Origin: an uncultured Flavobacteriaceae bacterium
GTDB taxonomy: Bacteria > Bacteroidota > Bacteroidia > Flavobacteriales > Weeksellaceae
Assembly: GCA_963530895.1 (NCBI GenBank)
Contig: CAUSFO010000001.1
Coordinates: 203 to 64,202, forward strand
Direction of reading: 5' to 3'
DNA length: 64,000 nt
Shown: positions 48,842 through 57,598 of the stretch, one piece after another
Position numbering within the stretch: the stretch's first letter is position 1
How the letters are laid out: every line of letters begins with the position of its first letter
Program-made: the position numbers and the translations under genes
The notes under the pieces: model-generated
Seen by the model: the letters and a program-made list of their open reading frames with translations, nothing else
Databases searched by the model: none
Told to the model about the DNA's origin: nothing

Positions 48842-50389
48842 TTAGAAAGGCATATCATCTTCATCGTTCATAGATGAAGCAGAAAGGTTGTTTTTAGGTA
48901 AATCAAATGCCGCAGAGGGGTCTATACTTACTCGGATATTTTCAAAAGCATTCTGATTTGGCTGTGCATAAGAAGGCTCATTAGTTCCAAATAAATCTAA
49001 ATCAGAGAACTTTGCTAAACTTGATTGGAACGAAAGTCTTACATCTGTAACGGCTCCATTTCTGTGCTTTCCGATGATGAGCTCTGCCTGTCCAGCAGAA
49101 GGGCTTCCATCTTCCCAGTTTTCTATTTTGTAATATTCAGGACGGAAGAGGAAAGAAACGATATCGGCATCCTGCTCAATCGCTCCTGATTCCCTCAAAT
49201 CCGAAAGCTGTGGGCGTTTGTTAGGTCTTCCCTCGACACCTCTGGATAGCTGAGAAAGAGCAATCACAGGGACATTAAGTTCTTTTGCGATGGCTTTCAG
49301 GGAACGTGAAATAGTCGCAATTTCCTGCTCTCGGTTTCCTGCTCCTTTTCCACCATTGTTTGCGGTCATCAGCTGGAGATAATCTACCATGATGATTTTC
49401 ACGCCGTGCTGCATTACGAGTCTTCGGCATTTAGCCCTAAAATCAAATACAGAAAGCGCTGGAGTTTCATCTATATAAAGAGGAGCATTTTCCAGCTCGG
49501 ATACATTATTAAACAGTCTTTGCCATTCCTCATCACTCATTTGTCCTTTTCTCAGTTTTTCGGATGAAATACCCGTTTCGGAGGCGATCATCCTTGTGAT
49601 GAGCTGTACAGAGGCCATCTCTAATGAGAAAAGCGCCATTGGAATTTGATGCTGAACGGCAATGTTTCTTGCCATGGAAAGCAGGAAAGCTGTTTTACCC
49701 ATCGCAGGACGGGCAGCAATGATGATGAGGTCAGAATTTTGCCAGCCGCCAGTTTCTTTATCAACATCTCTAAAGCCCGAAGGAATACCAGAAAGCCCTT
49801 CTTTGTCTTTTAAAGCCTTGATTTTATCGATGGCTTCCTTTACCAAAGAGTTGGCTGTATCGAAACCTTTTTTGATGGTTCCGTTTGTGATTTCAAAGAA
49901 ACCTTGTTCAGCTTTATCCAAAAGCTCGAAAACATCGGTAGATTCTTTGTAAGAACTGTCAATAACATTGGCAGAAACATTGATAAGTGAGCGGAGAATG
50001 TATTTCTCCAAAATGATTCTTACATGGTATTCTATATGTGCCGAAGAGCTCACACCTGTGGTAAGGTCTATAATATAGTGGTCGCCTCCTGCTAGGTTAA
50101 GTTTTTCAGTGCGTTTCAGTTCCTGAATCACAGTCACCATATCCACAGGATGGTTATTTTCATAGAGTTTTAGAATCGCTCTGAAAATTTCCTGATGTCT
50201 TGGGTCGTAGAAAACCTCTGGTTTTAGCAAGTCTATAGAGTGGTCTAGACCTTTCTTGTCAATCAAAAAAGTTCCAATTACGAGTTTTTCAAATTCCACT
50301 GCATTAGGTGGAACTTTCCCTTGAGAAATAGACAGTTCCTTTGCAAAATTTCCATGTGTGAGAGATGATAATGTTTCTTTTTGTACCAT
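48842..50389 (-). CDS. dnaB: replicative DNA helicase
   Basis: 515 aa. Walker A ARPAMGKTAF. DnaB N-terminal domain and RecA-like C-terminal domain. Confidence 0.96.
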   Translation of the reverse strand: MVQKETLSSLTHGNFAKELSISQGKVPPNAVEFEKLVIGTFLIDKKGLDHSIDLLKPEVFYDPRHQEIFRAILKLYENNHPVDMVTVIQELKRTEKLNLAGGDHYIIDLTTGVSSSAHIEYHVRIILEKYILRSLINVSANVIDSSYKESTDVFELLDKAEQGFFEITNGTIKKGFDTANSLVKEAIDKIKALKDKEGLSGIPSGFRDVDKETGGWQNSDLIIIAARPAMGKTAFLLSMARNIAVQHQIPMALFSLEMASVQLITRMIASETGISSEKLRKGQMSDEEWQRLFNNVSELENAPLYIDETPALSVFDFRAKCRRLVMQHGVKIIMVDYLQLMTANNGGKGAGNREQEIATISRSLKAIAKELNVPVIALSQLSRGVEGRPNKRPQLSDLRESGAIEQDADIVSFLFRPEYYKIENWEDGSPSAGQAELIIGKHRNGAVTDVRLSFQSSLAKFSDLDLFGTNEPSYAQPNQNAFENIRVSIDPSAAFDLPKNNLSASSMNDEDDMPF

Positions 50390-50509
50390 GGGACAAAGAT
50401 AAAGATTAAACTCTCAAAATTCCATGCAATGTTGAAAAGTAACTATAAATTATAACAAACGGTTATAAATCAATAAATTACAAATTTTAAGAATGTTAAT
50501 AAAATTGCA

Positions 50510-50542
50510 TAAAAAAATCCAGTATTCATTACTGGATTTTTT
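50510..50542 (-). terminator. rho-independent terminator downstream of the flotillin operon
   Basis: ATCCAGTA (50517-50524) / TACTGGAT (50530-50537). The minus strand has a T7 run after the stem. Confidence 0.6.
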
Positions 50543-50550
50543 CTGATTTT

Positions 50551-52092
50551 TTAAAGTTCCTCTTCAGGTTCATTGTTTTCAATGATGATTTCCTCATTTT
50601 TTGTCTTTGTCTCTTGATGAGGAATTTCGCTTTTTCCTTTTAGATATTCAGGAAGATTAAGCCCTGCCATATTGAATAAATCATTCAGAGGCGGCACGGT
50701 TTTCATCATTCCTGAAACGAAATTAGCAGTGGAAGTGTTCCCGTCAGGATTGTTCCCGTTGTCCCAAACTGTAACTTTATCAATTTTAATATTTTTAACA
50801 GCTTCTACCTGAGTTTTAACCAATTCAGGAAGTTTTTCAATAAGCAATAATTGGAATGCAGAGTTGGTATCTCCACCAGCAGCTTTTACCACTTGGTCAT
50901 AACCTTCAGCCTGTTTTGTAAGGATTTCAAGGAGGCCTTTCGCTTCGGCTTCCATTTTTAGATAGATTGCATCGGCTTCCCCTTTAGCTTTCAGCCTGAT
51001 TTTTTCGGCTTCAGCTTCCGCATCGATGATGGCTTTTTGTCTGGAGATTTCCGCAGGAACTACGATGTTGGCATTTTGTGTGGAACGCTCTCTTTCAGCT
51101 CTCGCAGCTTCCGCTTTTTGTTCAGCCAAATAAGATTCTTCAAGGGCTTTCGCTGCCTGAACTTTCTCAGCTGTGATTGCTATTTTGAGGGCTTCGGCTT
51201 CTTTTTCTCTTCTCTGTGCATCGGAATTAGCGATGGTTATTTTCGCTTCGTTTTCCCCTTTTACGGCAAGGGAATTTGCAAGTGAAGTCGCAATTCTTGA
51301 TTCCTTTTCAGCTTCGGCTTTACCGATGGACTCATCTTTCACAGCAGATGCGATGCTGATTTCTCTGTCTTTTTGAGTAATCGCAATTTTTACATCTCTG
51401 TCTCTGTTGGTTTCTGCGATTTGTACATCTTTTTCTCTGTCGGCCTCAGCTTTACCTGTTTCCCCGATTTTTTCTTGTTCCGCCACGGAAATTTTCGCTT
51501 CGTTAATCGCTTTCGCAGCTGCTTCTTTTCCTAAAGCTTCGATGTAGCCAGACTCGTCTTTGATATCGGTTACATTGACATTGATGAGTTTTAGACCTAT
51601 TTTTTTAAGTTCGGTATCTACATTTTTAGAAATATTTTCAAGGAATTTGTCTCGGTCAGAGTTGATTTCCTCAATGGTCATCGTAGCAATTACCAAACGA
51701 AGCTGTCCAAAAAGAATATCCTTAGAAAGTTCCTGAATCTGCTCTGGCGAAAGTCCTAAAAGTCTTTCAGCGGCATTTCCCATTGTGTCTGTTTCAGTGG
51801 AAATAGCGATGGTAAATCGGCATGGCACATCCACACGAATATTCTGGCGCGAAAGGGCATTGGTAAGATTGGCTTCGATGGAAATCGGCTTTAAATCAAG
51901 ATATGCAAAGTCTTGAATTACAGGCCATACGAATGCGCCGCCACCATGAATACATCTCGCAGAACTTCCGCCTGTTTTTCCATAAATCACCAAAATTTTG
52001 TCCGAAGGACATCTCTTGTAACGCGAAATAAGAGAAACAAGAGTCACAAAAAACACAAAAACTAATGCTACAATAATAATAAATGGGTTCAT
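50551..52092 (-). CDS. flotillin family (SPFH/band 7) protein
   Basis: 513 aa. N-terminal TM, SPFH domain, and a long Ala/Glu/Lys-rich coiled-coil flotillin region. Confidence 0.88.
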   Translation of the reverse strand: MNPFIIIVALVFVFFVTLVSLISRYKRCPSDKILVIYGKTGGSSARCIHGGGAFVWPVIQDFAYLDLKPISIEANLTNALSRQNIRVDVPCRFTIAISTETDTMGNAAERLLGLSPEQIQELSKDILFGQLRLVIATMTIEEINSDRDKFLENISKNVDTELKKIGLKLINVNVTDIKDESGYIEALGKEAAAKAINEAKISVAEQEKIGETGKAEADREKDVQIAETNRDRDVKIAITQKDREISIASAVKDESIGKAEAEKESRIATSLANSLAVKGENEAKITIANSDAQRREKEAEALKIAITAEKVQAAKALEESYLAEQKAEAARAERERSTQNANIVVPAEISRQKAIIDAEAEAEKIRLKAKGEADAIYLKMEAEAKGLLEILTKQAEGYDQVVKAAGGDTNSAFQLLLIEKLPELVKTQVEAVKNIKIDKVTVWDNGNNPDGNTSTANFVSGMMKTVPPLNDLFNMAGLNLPEYLKGKSEIPHQETKTKNEEIIIENNEPEEEL

Positions 52093-52103
52093 ATAATTTT
52101 ACT

Positions 52104-52673
52104 TTAAATTTTTTCTACAATTAAAATTTCATCTTTTATATCAACTACTTTTATAAGTTCGCCAGACAAAATATCTGTCCTAGAGTTAGTTATCGCATAA
52201 AGTTCATGATTAGTTCCCTTCAGCGAAATAAGAACCTTCCCTTTCCCAAGGCTCTGAGCAGGAATTTTGAGATAGACTTCGCCTGTTTTATTTTTTAAAT
52301 CATTGATTTTAAAAGCATTGTCTTCTGATAATTTAAGTAGTTGTTTAATGATCAAAAAGAAAATCAATACAAAACCAGCTCCCACAACAGCTGCAAGAAT
52401 GGTAAGTAAAAATTTGTTTTCTACCATTGGGTAAAAAGCAACACCTGCCCAGCCAAAACCGAGTAGGAAATTGGTAAGATTTCTCAGCGAGAAAAGCTGA
52501 AAAGGAGCATCTACGCCATCAAAATCTCCATCAAGATCAGGCGTTGTGCCATCCGTGCTGTCACTTCCGATGAAAGTGAGCACAGCTTGAACCACAAATA
52601 CTAAACTGCTGAATAGTGCTACATACCAAAAAGAACGATGTAGAACATCTAAATTTTCTAAAAAATCAAACAT
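52104..52673 (-). CDS. NfeD/YqiJ-like membrane protein (flotillin partner)
   Basis: 189 aa. Three hydrophobic helices around an acidic loop (DLDGDFDGVD) and a C-terminal OB-like soluble part. Lies 11 nt upstream of the flotillin gene, as in the yqiJ-yqiK / yuaF-floT arrangements. Confidence 0.6.
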   Translation of the reverse strand: MFDFLENLDVLHRSFWYVALFSSLVFVVQAVLTFIGSDSTDGTTPDLDGDFDGVDAPFQLFSLRNLTNFLLGFGWAGVAFYPMVENKFLLTILAAVVGAGFVLIFFLIIKQLLKLSEDNAFKINDLKNKTGEVYLKIPAQSLGKGKVLISLKGTNHELYAITNSRTDILSGELIKVVDIKDEILIVEKI

Positions 52674-52846
52674 TTATCTAAAATTTAAGATTTCCTAAAA
52701 ATACAATTTTTAATTTGAATAGAAAAAATAAAATAGGGTTTTTATGATAAAATTTTTAAAGAGGAGAAATAAAGAAAAGATGAAATTTTGATGACTTTAT
52801 GTTTTTCTATTTTTGAACTAAATTTAGAGGATATTAAAATAATCAT

Positions 52847-52854
52847 TAAATTTG
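52847..52854 (+). promoter_or_regulatory. -7 box (TAnnTTTG) upstream of the 187-aa membrane protein gene
   Basis: TAAATTTG lies 21 nt upstream of the ATG at 52876. Confidence 0.35.
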
Positions 52855-52875
52855 CAATCCTAAAAAGATTTTGGA

Positions 52876-53439
52876 ATGAATAAGTACATAAAATTAGTAA
52901 TTGCAGGGCTAATGGTAGCAGGAGGAATATTCCTCATGTTCAACAGACAAGTAGGCTGGGGGATAGTATGTGTAGTGCTATCAATAGTTCCTATTCTATT
53001 GTTTTTTAAAAATGAATATATTCTTTTATCTCTTTGGAAGATGAGAGACCAGAAACTGGATGAGGTTGCGAGGCTGCTTTCTAATATTACAGATTATAAA
53101 ACTCAGCTGCATAGAAGCCAATATGGATACTATCACTATATGCTGGGGCTTACATATGCTGAAAATCCATTGAAAGCAGAAGGGCTGATGAAAACAGCTC
53201 TTGAGTATGGAATGAGCATGAAACATGATAGAGCCTTAGCGAAGTTTAATCTGGCGATAGCGGCTCTCTCTAGAGGTAATAAAACAGATGCGCAGAGATT
53301 GCTAAATGATGCTCAAAAACTGGACACAGCAGGAATGCTTACAGAGCATATCAGGACAATGAAAGAGCAAATGAAAAAACCAAACATGCAGAAACACATG
53401 CATAATCCTAATATGAGACACAGAGGTAAATTCTTCTAG
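52876..53439 (+). CDS. hypothetical two-TM membrane protein with helical-repeat-like C-terminal part
   Basis: 187 aa. Two N-terminal hydrophobic helices and a basic His/Met-rich tail ending RGKFF. Family not recognised. Confidence 0.5.
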   Translation: MNKYIKLVIAGLMVAGGIFLMFNRQVGWGIVCVVLSIVPILLFFKNEYILLSLWKMRDQKLDEVARLLSNITDYKTQLHRSQYGYYHYMLGLTYAENPLKAEGLMKTALEYGMSMKHDRALAKFNLAIAALSRGNKTDAQRLLNDAQKLDTAGMLTEHIRTMKEQMKKPNMQKHMHNPNMRHRGKFF

Positions 53440-53461
53440 TTTTGGGATTTGATTACAAATA

Positions 53462-53494
53462 AGAAATGGAGATTAATTATTAATCTCCATTTCT
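53462..53494. terminator. bidirectional hairpin between convergent genes
   Basis: 16-bp palindrome AGAAATGGAGATTAAT-T-ATTAATCTCCATTTCT. The right arm encodes the last codons and the stop of the GT9 gene. Confidence 0.55.
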
Positions 53495-54450
53495 CTTAAT
53501 ATATTTTTAATGTCAATGCTGTGCAGGCAGGCCCAGTCGCCGCGATAACATTCTTTATTTCCAAAAACTGAACATGGTCGGCAGGAAAGGTCATTCACTT
53601 GGACAATATCTTCCTTACTTTGTCCATAGCCAAGAAAACCAGCATAAGGATGCGTCTGCCCCCAGACAGATATACAGCGGGTTCCTACCAGACTGGCCAA
53701 GTGCATATTAGCCGAGTCCATAGAAATCATCAGTTCTAATTGAGATATTTTTTCTAATTCTTGTTTTAAAGAAAGTTTCCCTGCAAGGGATTCTGAATTA
53801 GGAATTTGTTTTTCCCATTCACTTAGGATTTCTACTTCCTTTTTCCCGCCGCCGAAGAAGAACAGCGGTTTTTCTTTGGCGATTTCCTTCGCTAATTCAA
53901 AAGACATTTCCAAAGGAAGCATTTTCCCAAAATGCTGTGCGAAAGGCGCAAAACCTACACCGTTTTTTACACCTTCATGAGGTCTGAGCTGATGTGAAAG
54001 CGTTAATGAAAATCCCATTTTTCTTAAAACATCGGCGTATCTTTCGGTGTTTTTTTTAAGTTGGGTTTTATTGAGGTTTTTAGTGTTGATGAGTTGTTTT
54101 TTCTCTTTTCGGCCTTTGTCTATTTTATAAATAGGAAGTCTTTTTAGCCAAAAGAAAAAATTGAGAATATTGGATCTGAGGACGTTATGAAAGTCGGCAA
54201 CCATATCTGGCTGAAATTCAGACAAGATTTCGTTGGACAATTTTTTTAGTCCAAAAAATCCTTCATATTCCTTTAAATCCACTCCTTTAAATTTGAGCCT
54301 TGGAATTCCATCAAATAAATCTTTGAAATTTTTTCTGGAAACCATCAAAATTTCTGTATCAGGATTTTCATCAAGAAACTCTTTGAGAACGGGCACCAGC
54401 ATGGCGATGTCGCCAAATGCGGAAAAACGGTAAGCGAGTATTTTGGTCAC
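53473..54450 (-). CDS. glycosyltransferase family 9 (LPS heptosyltransferase-like)
   Basis: 325 aa. MTKILAYRFSAFGDIAMLVPV N-terminus and the MDSANMHLASLVGT motif are typical of GT9. Confidence 0.8.
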   Translation of the reverse strand: MTKILAYRFSAFGDIAMLVPVLKEFLDENPDTEILMVSRKNFKDLFDGIPRLKFKGVDLKEYEGFFGLKKLSNEILSEFQPDMVADFHNVLRSNILNFFFWLKRLPIYKIDKGRKEKKQLINTKNLNKTQLKKNTERYADVLRKMGFSLTLSHQLRPHEGVKNGVGFAPFAQHFGKMLPLEMSFELAKEIAKEKPLFFFGGGKKEVEILSEWEKQIPNSESLAGKLSLKQELEKISQLELMISMDSANMHLASLVGTRCISVWGQTHPYAGFLGYGQSKEDIVQVNDLSCRPCSVFGNKECYRGDWACLHSIDIKNILREMEINN

Positions 54451-54869
54451 GATTTTAGTTGATAAGCTACAGCGTAGAATTTTATTTGTTTTATCATTGA
54501 GGCAAGTCCATTTGCTCTGGAAGGAGAGAGGAATTCCTGCAGTCCGATTTTGGAAATAAAATCAAAATCAGCCGCCAGAATTTCTTCGGCAGTATGTCCG
54601 CTGTACACTCCCACTAGAAGAGAAATAATTCCTTTTGGCAAAATTCCGTCAGAATCAGCAAGGAAAAAAATCTTGCCGTCGCGCAGTTCGGCATCCAGCC
54701 AAACCTGAGACTGACAGCCTTTTATTAAAATATCCTCTTTCTTTTTTTCCTCTGGAAGACCTTTTAGTTCTTTGCCCAAATCTATGATATATTCATACTT
54801 CTGCTCCCAGTCCGAAAGAAAGGCAAAATCATCTATTAGTTCCTGTTGTTTTTCCTTGATACTCATCAT
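54447..54869 (-). CDS. sufE: SufE family cysteine desulfuration protein
   Basis: 140 aa. GCQSQVWL active-site Cys motif. Its stop overlaps the GT9 start by 4 nt. Confidence 0.85.
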   Translation of the reverse strand: MMSIKEKQQELIDDFAFLSDWEQKYEYIIDLGKELKGLPEEKKKEDILIKGCQSQVWLDAELRDGKIFFLADSDGILPKGIISLLVGVYSGHTAEEILAADFDFISKIGLQEFLSPSRANGLASMIKQIKFYAVAYQLKS

Positions 54870-55023
54870 ACGATTTTTGCAAAAATAAAAAATATAACAG
54901 ATTTCAGGGCAGAAAATTTCTAAACAACATTAAAAATAAAAACATGACATAAAGTCAGACAAAAAAAATGGTAAAATATTTGATATTGTTTGTTGAATAA
55001 TTACTAATTTAGTAATATAATTT

Positions 55024-57543
55024 ATGAAGATTATGGAAAATAAGTTTTCGGAGGGAATGGACAGGGTGCTTCGCCATAGTAGACTAGAAGCAAATAGGCT
55101 GAAAAGCGAGTTTCTGAATACAGAACACTTTTTGCTGGGAATTATCGGCACGGAGAATTCTGCAAGAAATATTTTGGAAGCATTGAAAGCAGATTTGGTT
55201 CAAATTCGTAGAAAGATAGAAAATATCAGTATCAATAATAATTTTAGTTCAAATCCTGATAGAAGCATTATGCCTACTAAATTGGCAGAATATTCTTTGA
55301 AAAGAGCGGCTTTGGAGAGTAAGCAGTATCGTTCTGATGAGGTGAATACCATTCATCTTCTGCTGGGTATTTTATATAAAATAGATGACCCTACCACGCA
55401 TATTTTGGAGGCGTATGACATTGATTATGAAAGCGTAGCAGCTGAATATAGGGCAATGCTCAAAAACAGTGGACGGCTGCCAAAAGCTTCTTTTGAAGAT
55501 GAGGAAGAAGATGCTGAGGATGCCGCATTTCCACAAACCAATAAACCAACAGGAAATATCGGAACAGGGAAAAGTAAAACGCCTACGTTGGATAATTTCG
55601 GAAGGGATTTGACAACGATGGCTAAAGAAGGGAAATTAGACCCTGTGATTGGTCGTGAAAACGAAATCGAAAGAGTTTCCCAGATTCTTAGCCGAAGAAA
55701 GAAAAACAATCCGCTGCTCATCGGTGAGCCTGGGGTTGGTAAATCTGCAATTGCAGAAGGTTTGGCGCTGAGAATTCATCAGAAAAAAGTTTCACGAGTT
55801 CTTTATAACAAACGAGTGGTAACGCTTGATTTGGCGAGTTTGGTTGCAGGAACTAAATATCGTGGGCAGTTTGAGGAGCGAATGAAAGCCATAATGACCG
55901 AGCTGGAAAAAAACAGAGATGTCATTTTATTTATAGATGAATTGCACACCATCGTAGGGGCGGGAAGTTCTACAGGAAGTTTGGATGCTTCTAATATTTT
56001 CAAACCTGCTTTGGCGCGAGGAGAAATCCAGTGCATTGGAGCAACTACTTTGGATGAATACCGCCAGTATATAGAGAAAGATGGGGCGCTGGAGCGTCGT
56101 TTCCAAAAAGTGATGGTAGAGCCTACCAGCGTGGAAGAGACCATCCAAATACTAAATCAAGTAAAAGAAAAATACGAAGAGCATCATAATGTGACTTATA
56201 CAGATGAGGCGATCAGGGCTTGTGTAAACCTTACTACAAGGTATATCACAGATAGATTTCTTCCTGACAAAGCCCTCGATGCGATGGATGAGGCGGGCTC
56301 TCGTGTTTATATTAAAAACATGAAAGTTCCTACAGCGATTACTTCGTATGAACAACAAATAGAGGAAGTTAAGGAGCTTAAACAAAAAGCTGTAAAAGCC
56401 CAAGATTACTTGGAAGCGAGAAAATATAAAGAAGAGGAAGAACGCCTGATGATAGAACTGAACATTGCACAGCAGGAATGGGATAACGAAATCAAGGAGC
56501 GAAAACAAATCGTTACGGAAGAAAATGTAGCAGAGGTGGTTTCTATGATGAGTGGTGTTCCTGTGACTAAAGTGGGCAAAAACGAACTGGACAAATTGGC
56601 ACAAATGGACAATGTGCTCAATGGAAAAGTTATCGGACAGGAAGAAGCCGTTAAAAAAGTTGTTCGAGCTATCCAAAGAAACAGAGCAGGTCTAAAAGAC
56701 CCTAAAAAACCAATAGGAACATTTATTTTCTTGGGAAGCACAGGAGTAGGAAAAACCGAACTTGCAAAAGTGATGGCTCGTGAGTTGTTTGACTCTGATG
56801 ATGCCCTTATCCGAATAGATATGAGTGAATATATGGAGAAATTTGCCGTATCTAGACTGGTAGGTGCGCCTCCAGGATATGTGGGCTATGAAGAAGGCGG
56901 ACAGCTTACGGAAGCAGTAAGAAGAAAGCCTTATGCAGTGGTTCTTTTGGATGAAATAGAAAAAGCACACCCAGATGTATTCAATATTTTATTGCAAATT
57001 TTGGATGAAGGTTTCGTGACGGATTCTTTGGGTAGAAAAGTGGATTTCCGAAATACAGTCATTATCTTGACTTCTAATATTGGTTCAAGAGATTTGAAGG
57101 ATTTCGGAGATGGAGTAGGTTTTGGAACAGCAGCGAAAAAATCCACTTCTGATGCCAGAGCAAGAAGCACGATAGAAAACGCCCTGAAAAGAGCCTTTGC
57201 ACCAGAGTTTCTTAATAGAATAGATGATATTATTTTCTTTAATGCTTTACAAAAAGAAGATATTCACAGAATAATAGATTTGGAGCTTGGTAAACTATAT
57301 TCTCGTCTAGAAAAACTGAACTATAAAGTGGAGCTGACAGATGAAGCTAAAGAATTCATCGTAGAGAAAGGCTGGGATAAAGATTTCGGTGCGAGACCAC
57401 TGAAAAGAGCTATCCAAAAATATATAGAAGATATTCTTGCTGAGATGCTGGTGAACAAAGAAATGCAGGAAGGAGATACGGTGATTTTGGAGGTGAATGA
57501 AAATAAAGATTCGCTCATCGGAAGAGTAAAAGCGAAAATATAA
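55024..57543 (+). CDS. clpC: ATP-dependent Clp protease ATP-binding subunit ClpC-type (AAA+)
   Basis: 839 aa. Clp N-terminal repeats, two Walker A loops (GEPGVGKSAI, GSTGVGKTELAK) and a short UVR-like linker rather than a long ClpB M-domain. Confidence 0.92.
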   Translation: MKIMENKFSEGMDRVLRHSRLEANRLKSEFLNTEHFLLGIIGTENSARNILEALKADLVQIRRKIENISINNNFSSNPDRSIMPTKLAEYSLKRAALESKQYRSDEVNTIHLLLGILYKIDDPTTHILEAYDIDYESVAAEYRAMLKNSGRLPKASFEDEEEDAEDAAFPQTNKPTGNIGTGKSKTPTLDNFGRDLTTMAKEGKLDPVIGRENEIERVSQILSRRKKNNPLLIGEPGVGKSAIAEGLALRIHQKKVSRVLYNKRVVTLDLASLVAGTKYRGQFEERMKAIMTELEKNRDVILFIDELHTIVGAGSSTGSLDASNIFKPALARGEIQCIGATTLDEYRQYIEKDGALERRFQKVMVEPTSVEETIQILNQVKEKYEEHHNVTYTDEAIRACVNLTTRYITDRFLPDKALDAMDEAGSRVYIKNMKVPTAITSYEQQIEEVKELKQKAVKAQDYLEARKYKEEEERLMIELNIAQQEWDNEIKERKQIVTEENVAEVVSMMSGVPVTKVGKNELDKLAQMDNVLNGKVIGQEEAVKKVVRAIQRNRAGLKDPKKPIGTFIFLGSTGVGKTELAKVMARELFDSDDALIRIDMSEYMEKFAVSRLVGAPPGYVGYEEGGQLTEAVRRKPYAVVLLDEIEKAHPDVFNILLQILDEGFVTDSLGRKVDFRNTVIILTSNIGSRDLKDFGDGVGFGTAAKKSTSDARARSTIENALKRAFAPEFLNRIDDIIFFNALQKEDIHRIIDLELGKLYSRLEKLNYKVELTDEAKEFIVEKGWDKDFGARPLKRAIQKYIEDILAEMLVNKEMQEGDTVILEVNENKDSLIGRVKAKI

Positions 57544-57557
57544 CGCTGAAATAAATA

Positions 57558-57588
57558 AAAAAGACACCATTTTCGGTGTCTTTTTTTA
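57558..57588. terminator. bidirectional rho-independent terminator
   Basis: AAAAAGACACC-ATTTTC-GGTGTCTTTTTTT between clpC (+) and the outer-membrane barrel gene (-). Confidence 0.7.
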
Positions 57589-57598
57589 TTGATGAGAT

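Noticed and set aside
56152-56676. 174-aa ORF, plus several 70-113-aa ORFs, on the minus strand between 55425 and 57570
   Set aside because: All are antisense within clpC. They have F/L/I/S-rich low-information sequences.
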